Below are positions 42,379 to 51,352 of a stretch of 64,000 bases of DNA, piece by piece. How positions within the stretch are numbered: the stretch's first letter is position 1; the number at the start of each line of letters is the position of its first letter. Source of the DNA: an uncultured Hyphomicrobiaceae bacterium (GTDB taxonomy: Bacteria; Pseudomonadota; Alphaproteobacteria; Rhizobiales; CAMYJA01). The stretch lies in assembly GCA_947258705.1 (NCBI GenBank), contig CAMYJA010000007.1, positions 211,695-275,694 on the forward strand. The letters are read 5' to 3'. Below the pieces are notes generated by a model that saw only the letters and a program-made list of their open reading frames with translations, did not search any database and was not told where the DNA came from. Position numbers and translations under genes: made by a program.

Positions 42379-43548
42379 ATGCCTCTGGTCAATATGAAAG
42401 ATATGCTCGCTCATGCGCACAAAAACCGCTATGCGGTCGGTGCGTTCGATCTCGTCAATCTCGATTTTCTGCAAGGGATCATGCAGGCGGCCGAGAAGGC
42501 CCGTGCGCCGGTCATCCTGTCCCTGGCGGAATCGCATTTCGAATATTTCGATTTCGAACTGATCATGGCCGCAACCGAAAAAGCGGCGATGCGCGCGCGC
42601 GTTCCCGTCGCGATCCATCTCGATCACGGCGCGAGCCTCGCCTCGGCGGTTCAGTCTATCAGGTTCGGCTGTAACGGCGTGATGGTGGACGCCTCGCATT
42701 TGTCATTCGATGAAAATGTTTCCGTCTCGCGGGAGGTTGTCCAAATGGCGCATGGCTGCGGCGTGCCGGTCGAGGGCGAGCTCGGTTACGTTCCCGGCGT
42801 GGAAGGCGAGGACGCCGAAAAACATCCCGGCGACATTCAATACACGACGGTCGAGCAGGCCAGCGACTATGTCTCCGAGACGGGGGTCGATTTTCTGGCC
42901 GTGTCCATCGGCACGGTGCACGGGCGAATGAAGGGCGAACCCGTTCTCGATTTCGACCGGCTTGGTGAAATCAACGCAGCGCTCGGTATTCCCCTCGTCA
43001 TTCACGGCGGCACCGGATTGTCGGAAGCGCAATACAGGCAGCTCATCGAGAACGGGGTTACGAAAATCAATTATTACACGGCCCTTTCCGACAAGGGCGG
43101 CGCGAAGATCATGGCCAATGCCGCTACGGGGGGCAAGCTTGGCTATGCCCACCTGACGCAAGGCACCGTCGATGTGATTGCGGAGGAGGTGGAGCGCATG
43201 ATCCGCTTGTGGGGATCCGCGGACAAGGCGGGCGACGTGCTCGATCATTGCGCGCTCTGGAAGCCGGTCGAGCATCTCATTATCTACAATGCGGAAGGTC
43301 TCGATGAGGCCGGCGCCGATGAAATGATGCGCGAGGGCACGCGCATCCTCTCCGGCATACCCGGCGTCCGCGCCGTCTTTACCGGCAGCGCCATTCAGCC
43401 GGATGCCGCCTACCGCTATACCTGGCTTGTCCGCTTCTGCCACCCAATGGTGATTGAAAGCTACAAGCATCATCCGGATCATGTCGCCTTTGCCGACAAT
43501 TATTTCCGCCCGGTCGCGGGCGACCGGATCAGCATCGATTACTCATAA
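42379..43548 (+). CDS. fba: Class II fructose-bisphosphate aldolase with C-terminal Dabb domain
   Basis: HLDHG, VEGELG, GTVHG, VIHGGTG and KINY motifs; extra ~95 aa with IPGV...YKHHPDHVAF...IDY. Confidence 0.88.
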   Translation: MPLVNMKDMLAHAHKNRYAVGAFDLVNLDFLQGIMQAAEKARAPVILSLAESHFEYFDFELIMAATEKAAMRARVPVAIHLDHGASLASAVQSIRFGCNGVMVDASHLSFDENVSVSREVVQMAHGCGVPVEGELGYVPGVEGEDAEKHPGDIQYTTVEQASDYVSETGVDFLAVSIGTVHGRMKGEPVLDFDRLGEINAALGIPLVIHGGTGLSEAQYRQLIENGVTKINYYTALSDKGGAKIMANAATGGKLGYAHLTQGTVDVIAEEVERMIRLWGSADKAGDVLDHCALWKPVEHLIIYNAEGLDEAGADEMMREGTRILSGIPGVRAVFTGSAIQPDAAYRYTWLVRFCHPMVIESYKHHPDHVAFADNYFRPVAGDRISIDYS

Positions 43549-43640
43549 TGCTCATGAGGGCAAGGTGCTACGCACCGATGCGCGTTTGGTTCCCCAGTAA
43601 AGCTGGCGACTCCCCCGTAAAGATGGCGGGGTGGCGCTCG

Positions 43641-43931
43641 CTAGTCTTTTTTGGCCGAAGATGTTTTTGCGGGGGATTTGTTAGGGGGAGATGTGGCGGC
43701 CAATATCGCCAGTCTTTTTGCCGCCTCAGAAAAAGGCGCATCATCATCCGACCATTCGCCGCACCAGTGCAGATGATCCGTCAGCGGAAACTTTTGAACG
43801 ACCGTACCGGTTTGCGGATTGATATAGATGCCGGGCGGATACCGGTGGCAGTGGCCGACCGTCGGCCTGTCCACCGTCAGATCCACCATCCAATACACGC
43901 AGTGATTGCAGCTTGGCCGCAGATGCTTCAT
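43641..43931 (-). CDS. Small Cys-rich hypothetical protein
   Basis: CNHC...CHRYPP...FP.T...WCGEW pattern. Confidence 0.7.
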   Translation of the reverse strand: MKHLRPSCNHCVYWMVDLTVDRPTVGHCHRYPPGIYINPQTGTVVQKFPLTDHLHWCGEWSDDDAPFSEAAKRLAILAATSPPNKSPAKTSSAKKD

Positions 43932-44173
43932 TCGCCCCGTCTTCCGGGCATTGCCCGTGGTCAGATAAACAGACAGAAAACCCTATAGCAATAGGCTTGT
44001 TTCTAAGTGAGTCGGGAGAAAACGCCAAGCATTAAGATGCCGCGCTGACATATGTAGTTTCTCGGAATGGTTGCATACGGGCAGACCGGCTTCCGGCCCT
44101 CGGAGAGAATTCGGCTGACGGCATGTTTATCATTTTGATTTGCGCGTTCGCTACCGGCATCTGCCGCCCGCAC

Positions 44174-44587
44174 TCAAAGCTTCGAGACTTCGTCCACCAT
44201 GCTGCCATAACCGAGGCGGTCCAGCCCCTCCGCCCAATAATCGGCGACAAGGGGATGGTCCAGGAGATATTGCCCGGTGGGCACTTCCTTGCGTTCCTCG
44301 GCGAGCTTCAGCAAATCGGCCCATTCGGCGGGTTCGCCATCGTCCCTGCCGATCCACATGAGCGCCACCAGCTCCGCCTGCTGGCCCGGGCTCAGGCCCT
44401 CGATTTCCTCCATCACCTCTTCGCGGGTGAGGTCGTCGGGGCTTTCCTGCAGGGTTGCCGGCCCCTCGTCATCGGTCGGATTGCCGCCCGCGTCCGGCGT
44501 GACGACATCCTCCTTCACCATGATCGCCCGGACCTTGAGAATTAGCATGCGAATATATGCGGAATTTATGTGCAGCTCGTTTGTCAT
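44174..44587 (-). CDS. DUF3775 domain protein
   Basis: QQAELVALMWIGR and YLLDHPLVADY..EGL motifs. Confidence 0.85.
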   Translation of the reverse strand: MTNELHINSAYIRMLILKVRAIMVKEDVVTPDAGGNPTDDEGPATLQESPDDLTREEVMEEIEGLSPGQQAELVALMWIGRDDGEPAEWADLLKLAEERKEVPTGQYLLDHPLVADYWAEGLDRLGYGSMVDEVSKL

Positions 44588-44759
44588 GAATTTCACTTTA
44601 GGCAATGGCGGTTTTACGCGAAATGATCTGAATCAATTCCGCCCCTCATCAAATCTTCGCCCCGGGGCTTGATGACCGGGCGCGATGGCGCGATAATCGC
44701 CGGATCGAATCATTTCGGCTGCATACGCTCACCGCAACAGCAAAGCAGGACCCCGACCC

Positions 44760-44975
44760 ATGCACAGCAGCAATGACAATGATGAGGGAAAGCTTCGTAA
44801 ACTCCTCGAGGAGTTGCGCGGCGAGCACCGCGCGATCGATGCCCAGATCGCATCGCTCGAAGCCGAGGCGTCCGTCGATCATCTCGAGCTCAACCTGATG
44901 AAGCGCAAGAAGCTTTTTCTCAAGGACGAAATTATCGCTCTCGAAAACAAACTGCTGCCCGACATCATCGCCTGA
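44760..44975 (+). CDS. DUF465 / YdcH family protein
   Basis: LRGEHRAID and MKRKKLFLKDEI...LLPDIIA motifs. Confidence 0.9.
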   Translation: MHSSNDNDEGKLRKLLEELRGEHRAIDAQIASLEAEASVDHLELNLMKRKKLFLKDEIIALENKLLPDIIA

Positions 44976-44982
44976 AGCCCTG

Positions 44983-45014
44983 GGCTTAGGGCCTAAGGCC
45001 TAAGGCCTACGGCC
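44983..45014. repeat. Degenerate heptamer tandem (GGCCTAA-like x4)
   Basis: GGCTTAG GGCCTAA GGCCTAA GGCCTAC GGCC. Confidence 0.75.
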
Positions 45015-45064
45015 CGAGATCGCGGATCTGCGGCCTGCGGGTGTGCAGAGCTGCTGAGCTGGTC

Positions 45065-45079
45065 TGACCCAAGGCGGAC
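45065..45079. repeat. Left-boundary site TGACCCAAGGCGGAC
   Basis: Identical to 24337-24351. Confidence 0.85.
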
Positions 45080-45140
45080 GCAGACTCCAATTCGTCAGAT
45101 TAACGAGCTGAAGGTTTAGATCCGATGTGTCTGGCACAGG

Positions 45141-46172
45141 CTATTTTCCAGCCGTCCAGTCGATCAGCATCTGCCAGAGCCGGCCAAATTGTTCGCGCGC
45201 CCGCTCGCGGTGCGTTTCATAGCGGACATGTTTGGTAAGTCCTGCGTCCGACGCGAGTTCGATTGAAAACAACGCATTGATTTCATTCGGAACGAAGGAA
45301 TAGCGAACATCGACTATGCGATTGGGATTAACGGGATCGACCGCAGAGAAACCATCGCTGAAATGGTCGAACCGATCGATATCCCTTGCCTGTTGCGAAT
45401 TTGGTTTCAGCCAGGGGAAATCCCGGGCAGGATTTAGTTTTGATACGGATGTACCTTTATAGACTTTGGGACCGATGCCGGCCCGAACGGCATCAATAAA
45501 GAACTTGTCTTCTGTTTCATAGACGCTCCTCCAGACAAGAATATTGCCAAAGCTGGGCTTTATTTCAAAACGCAGCGGCGCATGCCCGCGCGATGCCGCC
45601 AAATTGGCCGCGATTTCACGCGCACCCTGATGCTGAAACCACCCCGCACCCAGATAGACAAGCGCCCAAACCAGGCCGATGCGGGCCAGGCGGGGCTCGT
45701 TGCGCACCGCCGCCAGGGCAACGGACAGCACCAGCGGCAAGGTGAAAAGCGGATCGACGATGGAAATAATGCTCCAGGAATAGCGCGTCTCGATGAGCGG
45801 CCAGAACAGCATCGTGCCGAACGATGTCGCCGCGTCCAGCAGCGCATGTGTGGCGTAGCCCAATGAACACAAAAGCACTGTCTGCCAAAAACTTAATTGC
45901 CATCGCCGCCCCAAAATCCAGTGCACGAACAGCGCTACGATCAAGCCGCCAAACGGAATGAAAAAAAGAGAATGCGTAAATTGTCGATGATAGGTGAGGA
46001 ACAGCAGCGGATCGGTATCCGAGTAGATCAGTATGTCCAGATCCGCAGCCATGCCGCCGATCATTCCCAGAAAGCCGGCGAGGGCAGCATGAGAATTGCG
46101 GAGCCCGGACCGTTTGGCCCATGTCGATTGCGGCAATGCGGCGCCCAACGCGCCCTGCGTTATAGGATCCAT
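45141..46172 (-). CDS. Membrane-bound metal-dependent hydrolase (YdjM-like)
   Basis: MDPITQGALGA, ADLD, HRQFTHS, THALLDAAT and IVDP motifs. Confidence 0.88.
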   Translation of the reverse strand: MDPITQGALGAALPQSTWAKRSGLRNSHAALAGFLGMIGGMAADLDILIYSDTDPLLFLTYHRQFTHSLFFIPFGGLIVALFVHWILGRRWQLSFWQTVLLCSLGYATHALLDAATSFGTMLFWPLIETRYSWSIISIVDPLFTLPLVLSVALAAVRNEPRLARIGLVWALVYLGAGWFQHQGAREIAANLAASRGHAPLRFEIKPSFGNILVWRSVYETEDKFFIDAVRAGIGPKVYKGTSVSKLNPARDFPWLKPNSQQARDIDRFDHFSDGFSAVDPVNPNRIVDVRYSFVPNEINALFSIELASDAGLTKHVRYETHRERAREQFGRLWQMLIDWTAGK

Positions 46173-46423
46173 ATTATTCCAGGGATGAAAAATACCGCCC
46201 CATGCGAGCGTTCGCAACCAGGCGGTTATAACACCAATACTGAGAGTCGTTTACACCCCGTCAAACCGGGTGGCGGCAATATTAGAGGTAAAAACGCGAA
46301 AAGCAATTGTCGCCGCAGCCTCCGTCCTTCGCGCGAAGGACATCCAGATGCCGGTTGCCCAGGCAACCACCCGATTGTACGGCGGGTGTCATCCGTGCAG
46401 CGCGGATTGCGTCTATATGAAAT

Positions 46424-46462
46424 CCTCATGGTGAGGCGGACCTTAGTCCGTCTCGAACCATG
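46424..46462. repeat. REP-like palindrome CCTCATGGTGAGG...GTCTCGAACCATG
   Basis: Resembles Rhizobiales intergenic palindromic repeats; internal hairpin GGCGGAC-CTTA-GTCCGTC. Confidence 0.6.
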
Positions 46463-46619
46463 GGCAGCCGATTCGCTCCATGTCAGGCGCGGTTTGCGCG
46501 AACCAATATTGCGCGTTGCGCCAACCGGACAAATGCGGAGGGTTAGCGGTGTTAGTTTGTGTGCAGGAGGGGGCATTGGGCGACCGACAAACAAGGAGTT
46601 TGATCGACGCTGCCCAAGC

Positions 46620-46688
46620 GTCCGCTTATGAAGGAGCTGCGGTAGTACGAACGGTTACGTGAATGACGGTGGATAACCCGGAGCGGAA
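46620..46688. repeat. Internal double-palindrome site
   Basis: GTCCGC-N13-GCGGTA, 20-nt spacer, GACGGT-GGA-TAACCC-GGA-GCGGAA; same geometry as 24281-24351. Confidence 0.6.
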
Positions 46689-46760
46689 ATGGCGACCATA
46701 TTTTTGATTTATGGTAATGGTGCCAGCTATATTTTTGATTAAGTGGGTGCCAGCCTGCGT

Positions 46761-47747
46761 CTACCGATAATGCTTATAGAGCCACCAGGCAAAAACTCCG
46801 CCGAGCAATACGAGCATGAGAGAAACGATCCAGAAAGCATAGGGATGTTCGGCACCGGGAATGCCGCCAACATTGATACCAAGCAGGCCGGCTAGAAAGC
46901 TCAAAGGAAGAAAGACCGCCGCCGCAATCGACAGAACCAGCATCGTGCTGTTCATTTTCTCCGCAAGACGATTAGTCAGCGCTTCCTGAATGACAGTGAG
47001 TCGTTCCCGTGCCTCGGCGAGATCTTCGACATAGCGGGTCAGGCGTTGTGCGCTTTCCCTCAATTGTGCGCGACTTAACTCATCGAGCCAAGGCGCTTTC
47101 GCAACCGCCAACTGGGTGAGGACGTCGCGTTGCGGCACCAAATGTCGCTTGAGCGGAATGATTTGGAGCCGCAAATCGCGTACCTGCTTACGCAGTTCGC
47201 CAATATCAGAATGGTTGCGATCGCTTTGATCGTCGAGATCGTCGATATCATCGTTTAGCTTTTGAAGCACGTTACCGATTTTATTGATAAGACCGTCGAC
47301 AAGCACCGTCACAAAACCACCTAGGCTTTCGGGACAGTCGCCTGAATCTATATCCTGCCTGATTTCATGCAGACTTTGCACACGCCGCCTTTGCAGGGTA
47401 ATTATTCTGTTCCGTTCGATAAAAGCACGAACCGTAACGAGATCTTCGGGATCTTCGTGAGGGTTCATGTTGATGCCGCGCAGGAGAAGGAGGATACCTT
47501 TGGTGCCTACGTGAATTCGTGGTTGCGGATTGATCAACGTGAGCGCCTCGACAGTGTGCTCCGCCATGCTCGCATCCGAGATCAGCCAGCGTGCAGTTGC
47601 GGGATTATCCATATCAAAATGCATCCAATGCCAGACATCGTCTTCCGGTGATTCATGAAACACGTCCTTGTCATTTAATTTGAGCGGACTCTGTCCTGCG
47701 CCAAGTTCATAGCCGAAAAGCAATCCTATCTTATTCAGTTCGGTCAT
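46761..47747 (-). CDS. zntB: Zinc transporter ZntB / CorA family
   Basis: LLLLRGINMN, PQRD and FLPLSFLAGLLGINVGGIPG (GIN signature); ATGA overlap with the upstream gene. Confidence 0.88.
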   Translation of the reverse strand: MTELNKIGLLFGYELGAGQSPLKLNDKDVFHESPEDDVWHWMHFDMDNPATARWLISDASMAEHTVEALTLINPQPRIHVGTKGILLLLRGINMNPHEDPEDLVTVRAFIERNRIITLQRRRVQSLHEIRQDIDSGDCPESLGGFVTVLVDGLINKIGNVLQKLNDDIDDLDDQSDRNHSDIGELRKQVRDLRLQIIPLKRHLVPQRDVLTQLAVAKAPWLDELSRAQLRESAQRLTRYVEDLAEARERLTVIQEALTNRLAEKMNSTMLVLSIAAAVFLPLSFLAGLLGINVGGIPGAEHPYAFWIVSLMLVLLGGVFAWWLYKHYR

Positions 47748-50257
47748 GAGTCTTCCAGTTTTGTTTCTGCACGCGTCATGGTTTCGGCATGCGAGCCCTT
47801 GATATGGATGTCTCGTTGCGGAAACGGAATTTCGATATTGTTGCGCTTCAATGCATCCCATATCTCGAACCTCAATTCGTTCATGATGCGAACGCGATTT
47901 ATGACATCGGGAAGAAACACCCGAAGCTCCAGGTCGAGGGAACTTTCACCATAATCCTTGAAATAGACGACGCTCTCAGGATAGGGCAGCACCTCGGGAT
48001 GATTCTTGGCAACCTCAAGCAGCACATCGCGCACCTTGCCGAGATCAGATTTGTAGGAGACGCCAATATTGATATCTAGGCGGCATGTGCGATCCCGGTG
48101 CATCCAGTTTTTTACTGTGCCGCTGATCAGTACTGAATTCGGAATAATGACAGCCTCCTTATTGACGGTTTCGATTTCCGTGGCGCGCACGTTGATCCGC
48201 CGGACATAGCCTTCATTCCCATCAACCATGATCCAGTCTCCGACTTTGATCGGTCGCTCCAAAAGAAGGATGAGCCCAGAGACAAAGTTATTAAAAATGC
48301 TTTGCAGTCCAAAACCAATGCCGACAGACAATGCACCGGCAATAATGGCAATTTTCGTAAAATCGATCCCGAGATAACTGGCGGCAAGGAGAAGGGACAA
48401 TACGAAGCCGGTATAACCGATGATTGTGTATACAGAGGTGCGTAACCCTGTGTCTGTACGCCCCACATAACTAAGCCTGTTTGAGATCCACCGCTGAACA
48501 ATTCTCGTTATCAAAACACCTCCGGCAAAGAAGCCGATGGCGACCAGCACTGTTTTTAGCGATAGCGTGAACCCGCCAAACTGAACGCCCCAAAAAGCCT
48601 GCACGATCCATGTACGGACTTCAGTCCAGTCAAAACCCCATTGCAGTAGCAGAAATGGAATTGCAAAGAGGAGGAGGAGTATGTCGAGGGACAGCCCCGT
48701 CAACACACGCAAGGTGCCTAAGGTAGCGGCGTGCCCGCCTTGGTCAGCATCGCCGACGAAATTTGAGGGAGCGCCTTCCTGGCCCGCAAAAAGGCGTTTC
48801 GTTGAATAATAGTCGATGACCAGATGCAGCATATAGGTGGCGTAAAGAATGCCTCCCGTTGCAACCACCTGGGATCCGGTAAAGCGAGCCAATGCGATAT
48901 AGCCAGAAAAGGCAGATACAAACAATGTGGCGACGAGCGCGAGTCCCACAACATAGAGTATACCTCGCCAGCCATCAAAAACCATTATCCTTTTGGCATC
49001 ACCCATACGCCGCAACGTCACCAGAACAGCCACGAGGCAAAAACCATAGAGCATGGCGAATATAAATGTTGTAATCACTGAGAAGGAATAGGTGGCCTGA
49101 AGGCCCTTGATCATGTTTCCAGTCAACTCGTCAACAAACCACAAAACCACCAGGGCGATGACAAGAAATTTCAGGAGCTGGTATTCGGTGTTATCCTGCC
49201 CGGACATGCGCTCAAAATATGCGATGTTAGCGTGGACAAGAAATCCGAGAAAACCCGCAGCCAGCGCGGCCAAGGTGACATTGATAAAATGCCGTTCACT
49301 TCCGGGCGCCGGTATATCGGCCCAGGCAGCGACTGCAAAAAATGTACCGATGATCGCAGCAAAGGGGATAAAATAATGCAGCGACGTACGCATAATCACC
49401 GCGCCCTGCCCCGAAAACCGGGATGTCTGTTCACCCGCAGGTTGAAAAGGTTCAATCTTCCGGAACCGGTAAATCAGAAAACCGGCAAAAAGGATTGGCA
49501 ACAGAACCAGCGCCAAAATGACTTGCCAACTACTGCTCTTGAGCCTGGTCGTCACAGTGACGAAACCCTGTTCGACTTTTTCGAAAAATCGAGCCCGTGA
49601 CCAAAAAGCCAGACTCCACAAATCCGGCCCAAAAAGATTAGGTACACGTGTCAGTAATCGTGTCGAAAATCTTTCCCGGCGTTTGACGTTTGACGCGGAA
49701 ACAATCTGAGCAATGCGAATAAGATAAACATCCGACCGCTTTATCAGCCCATCAATGGCTCCCAGTTGCTCCTTCAGTTTGCGCCATTCACCAGCAACGC
49801 CTCCGGTTTCAACTGGTTCGACATCCTTTGGCTCAGGTCCGAGTTTCTTTAGCTGTTGCTCCAAATCCTCGCGTTTTGACTTGAGGCTGGTGATGAATTT
49901 GGCAATCTCGTCCTTGATTTTCGCGAGAACCTCTGGCAGCTCCCGCAATTCATCATCGGAGCTGGAAACGGCCTGCAAAACCATGTCCGCATCGTCGATC
50001 TTGGTCTCCCATACAGCCATTTTTGGCGCATGTTGTTCGAGAATTCGCGAGGCCACGCCCCCCTCAATGAGTTGTGTAATCCATTCAGGCTGGGCAACCC
50101 GTTGCCTGAGAGGTGTTTCAACTGTAATCGCATCCGCACCGCCACTCGACTCCTGAGCGGCGGCCCCACAGGGCACCAGCATTGCGTAGACAAGCACTAA
50201 CGGGACTAGGGCAGTGAATGTGAGCACTCTTGGTCGTTGCGATTGGCAGATATGCAT
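47744..50257 (-). CDS. Large mechanosensitive channel (MscK-like) with periplasmic coiled-coil
   Basis: GALSVGIGFGLQ..FNNFVSGLILLLERPIKVGD and IPFPQRD motifs; signal peptide and many TMs. Confidence 0.92.
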   Translation of the reverse strand: MHICQSQRPRVLTFTALVPLVLVYAMLVPCGAAAQESSGGADAITVETPLRQRVAQPEWITQLIEGGVASRILEQHAPKMAVWETKIDDADMVLQAVSSSDDELRELPEVLAKIKDEIAKFITSLKSKREDLEQQLKKLGPEPKDVEPVETGGVAGEWRKLKEQLGAIDGLIKRSDVYLIRIAQIVSASNVKRRERFSTRLLTRVPNLFGPDLWSLAFWSRARFFEKVEQGFVTVTTRLKSSSWQVILALVLLPILFAGFLIYRFRKIEPFQPAGEQTSRFSGQGAVIMRTSLHYFIPFAAIIGTFFAVAAWADIPAPGSERHFINVTLAALAAGFLGFLVHANIAYFERMSGQDNTEYQLLKFLVIALVVLWFVDELTGNMIKGLQATYSFSVITTFIFAMLYGFCLVAVLVTLRRMGDAKRIMVFDGWRGILYVVGLALVATLFVSAFSGYIALARFTGSQVVATGGILYATYMLHLVIDYYSTKRLFAGQEGAPSNFVGDADQGGHAATLGTLRVLTGLSLDILLLLFAIPFLLLQWGFDWTEVRTWIVQAFWGVQFGGFTLSLKTVLVAIGFFAGGVLITRIVQRWISNRLSYVGRTDTGLRTSVYTIIGYTGFVLSLLLAASYLGIDFTKIAIIAGALSVGIGFGLQSIFNNFVSGLILLLERPIKVGDWIMVDGNEGYVRRINVRATEIETVNKEAVIIPNSVLISGTVKNWMHRDRTCRLDINIGVSYKSDLGKVRDVLLEVAKNHPEVLPYPESVVYFKDYGESSLDLELRVFLPDVINRVRIMNELRFEIWDALKRNNIEIPFPQRDIHIKGSHAETMTRAETKLEDS

Positions 50258-50559
50258 AATGATTTGGCTTTCCTCGATACCCGCTCAGATTATCTGTGCC
50301 GGCGGATACTGCTACCACTAAAAGAAAATATGCCACCAGTTTTTGATAGTTGAAGTCTGGTACAAGCTTTGGCGTTTTCTCAATTATGGATATGGATCAA
50401 TTCTGAGATGTCAACGAGGCTTGATAATTTGAGGGCATGAAACCTTGGCCGACCGTTATCAACAGACACTTCCGTAACCGGTCTAACCCTGACATCAAAT
50501 GGCGCCGGAAACAAACACACCAGATTTGTCTGTATTTAAGACTCATTTGCACAACAAAT

Positions 50560-50619
50560 GTCCGCTCTTGGCCCAACTCTGCCAATCGGCCAATGAAAGC
50601 TTTTGGGGGAACAGCGGAA
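50560..50619. repeat. Right-boundary palindrome-family site
   Basis: GTCCGC-TCT-TGGCCC-AAC-TCTGCC, then GAAAGC-N13-GCGGAA; similar to 25207-25273. Confidence 0.75.
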
Positions 50620-50774
50620 TCTCGTCCCGACGGACAGTTCCGATTGCTTCAATGCATCATCTAAGTCCGCTCCCTCTGCAATGCCCTCACCTCCACACCT
50701 CCCCCACCGCCCGCACCTCCCAAACGCCCGCAAGTAAAATCCCGAGGCTTCCCTGCAAAACCCTGCCCCGGCTC

Positions 50775-50802
50775 TTGCCAAGCCCGCCCGCGTGCCTATA
50801 AT
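50775..50802 (+). promoter_or_regulatory. Sigma70-type promoter for purEK (TTGCCA-N16-TATAAT)
   Basis: Near-consensus -35 and perfect -10. Confidence 0.6.
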
Positions 50803-50869
50803 CGCGCGCTTTCCCCGGCCCAGGCCGACCTGGGCCGGCCTAGGCCGGCTTCGGGAGAGTGCTGCGAAA

Positions 50870-51349
50870 ATAGGCATTATCATGGGCAGCCAGTCCGACT
50901 GGCCGACCATGGAACGTGCCGCCGACATCCTCACCGAGCTTGAAATACCCTTCGAGGTCCGCATTGTCTCGGCGCACCGGACGCCGGACCGGCTATACGC
51001 CTATGCCCGGGGGGCCGAAGAACGGGGCCTGCAAATCATTATCGCGGGCGCGGGCGGTGCGGCGCATCTCCCCGGCATGACAGCTTCGCTGACCACCCTG
51101 CCCGTTTTCGGCGTTCCCATCGAAAGCCGCGCTCTTTCGGGCAAGGATAGTCTCCTGTCGATCGTTCAAATGCCCAGGGGGATTCCCGTCGGCACGCTCG
51201 CCATCGGCGATGCGGGCGCGTCGAACGCCGCACTTCTGGCGGCGCAGGTCCTGGCGCTTCATGACGCGGCGCTGGCCGGCCGGCTCAAGGCCTGGCGTCA
51301 GGCACAGACCGATGCGGTCGTGGAAACGCCCGAAAGTCAGGGTTCGTAG
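50870..51349 (+). CDS. purE: N5-CAIR mutase PurE (start codon uncertain)
   Basis: [25 protein letters not shown] and SIVQMP.GIPV motifs. Confidence 0.96.
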   Translation: MGIIMGSQSDWPTMERAADILTELEIPFEVRIVSAHRTPDRLYAYARGAEERGLQIIIAGAGGAAHLPGMTASLTTLPVFGVPIESRALSGKDSLLSIVQMPRGIPVGTLAIGDAGASNAALLAAQVLALHDAALAGRLKAWRQAQTDAVVETPESQGS

Positions 51350-51352
51350 CCG

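Noticed and set aside
46226-46631. ORFs on both strands between the hydrolase and zntB
   Set aside because: They run through REP-like and site palindromes and show no protein-like features.
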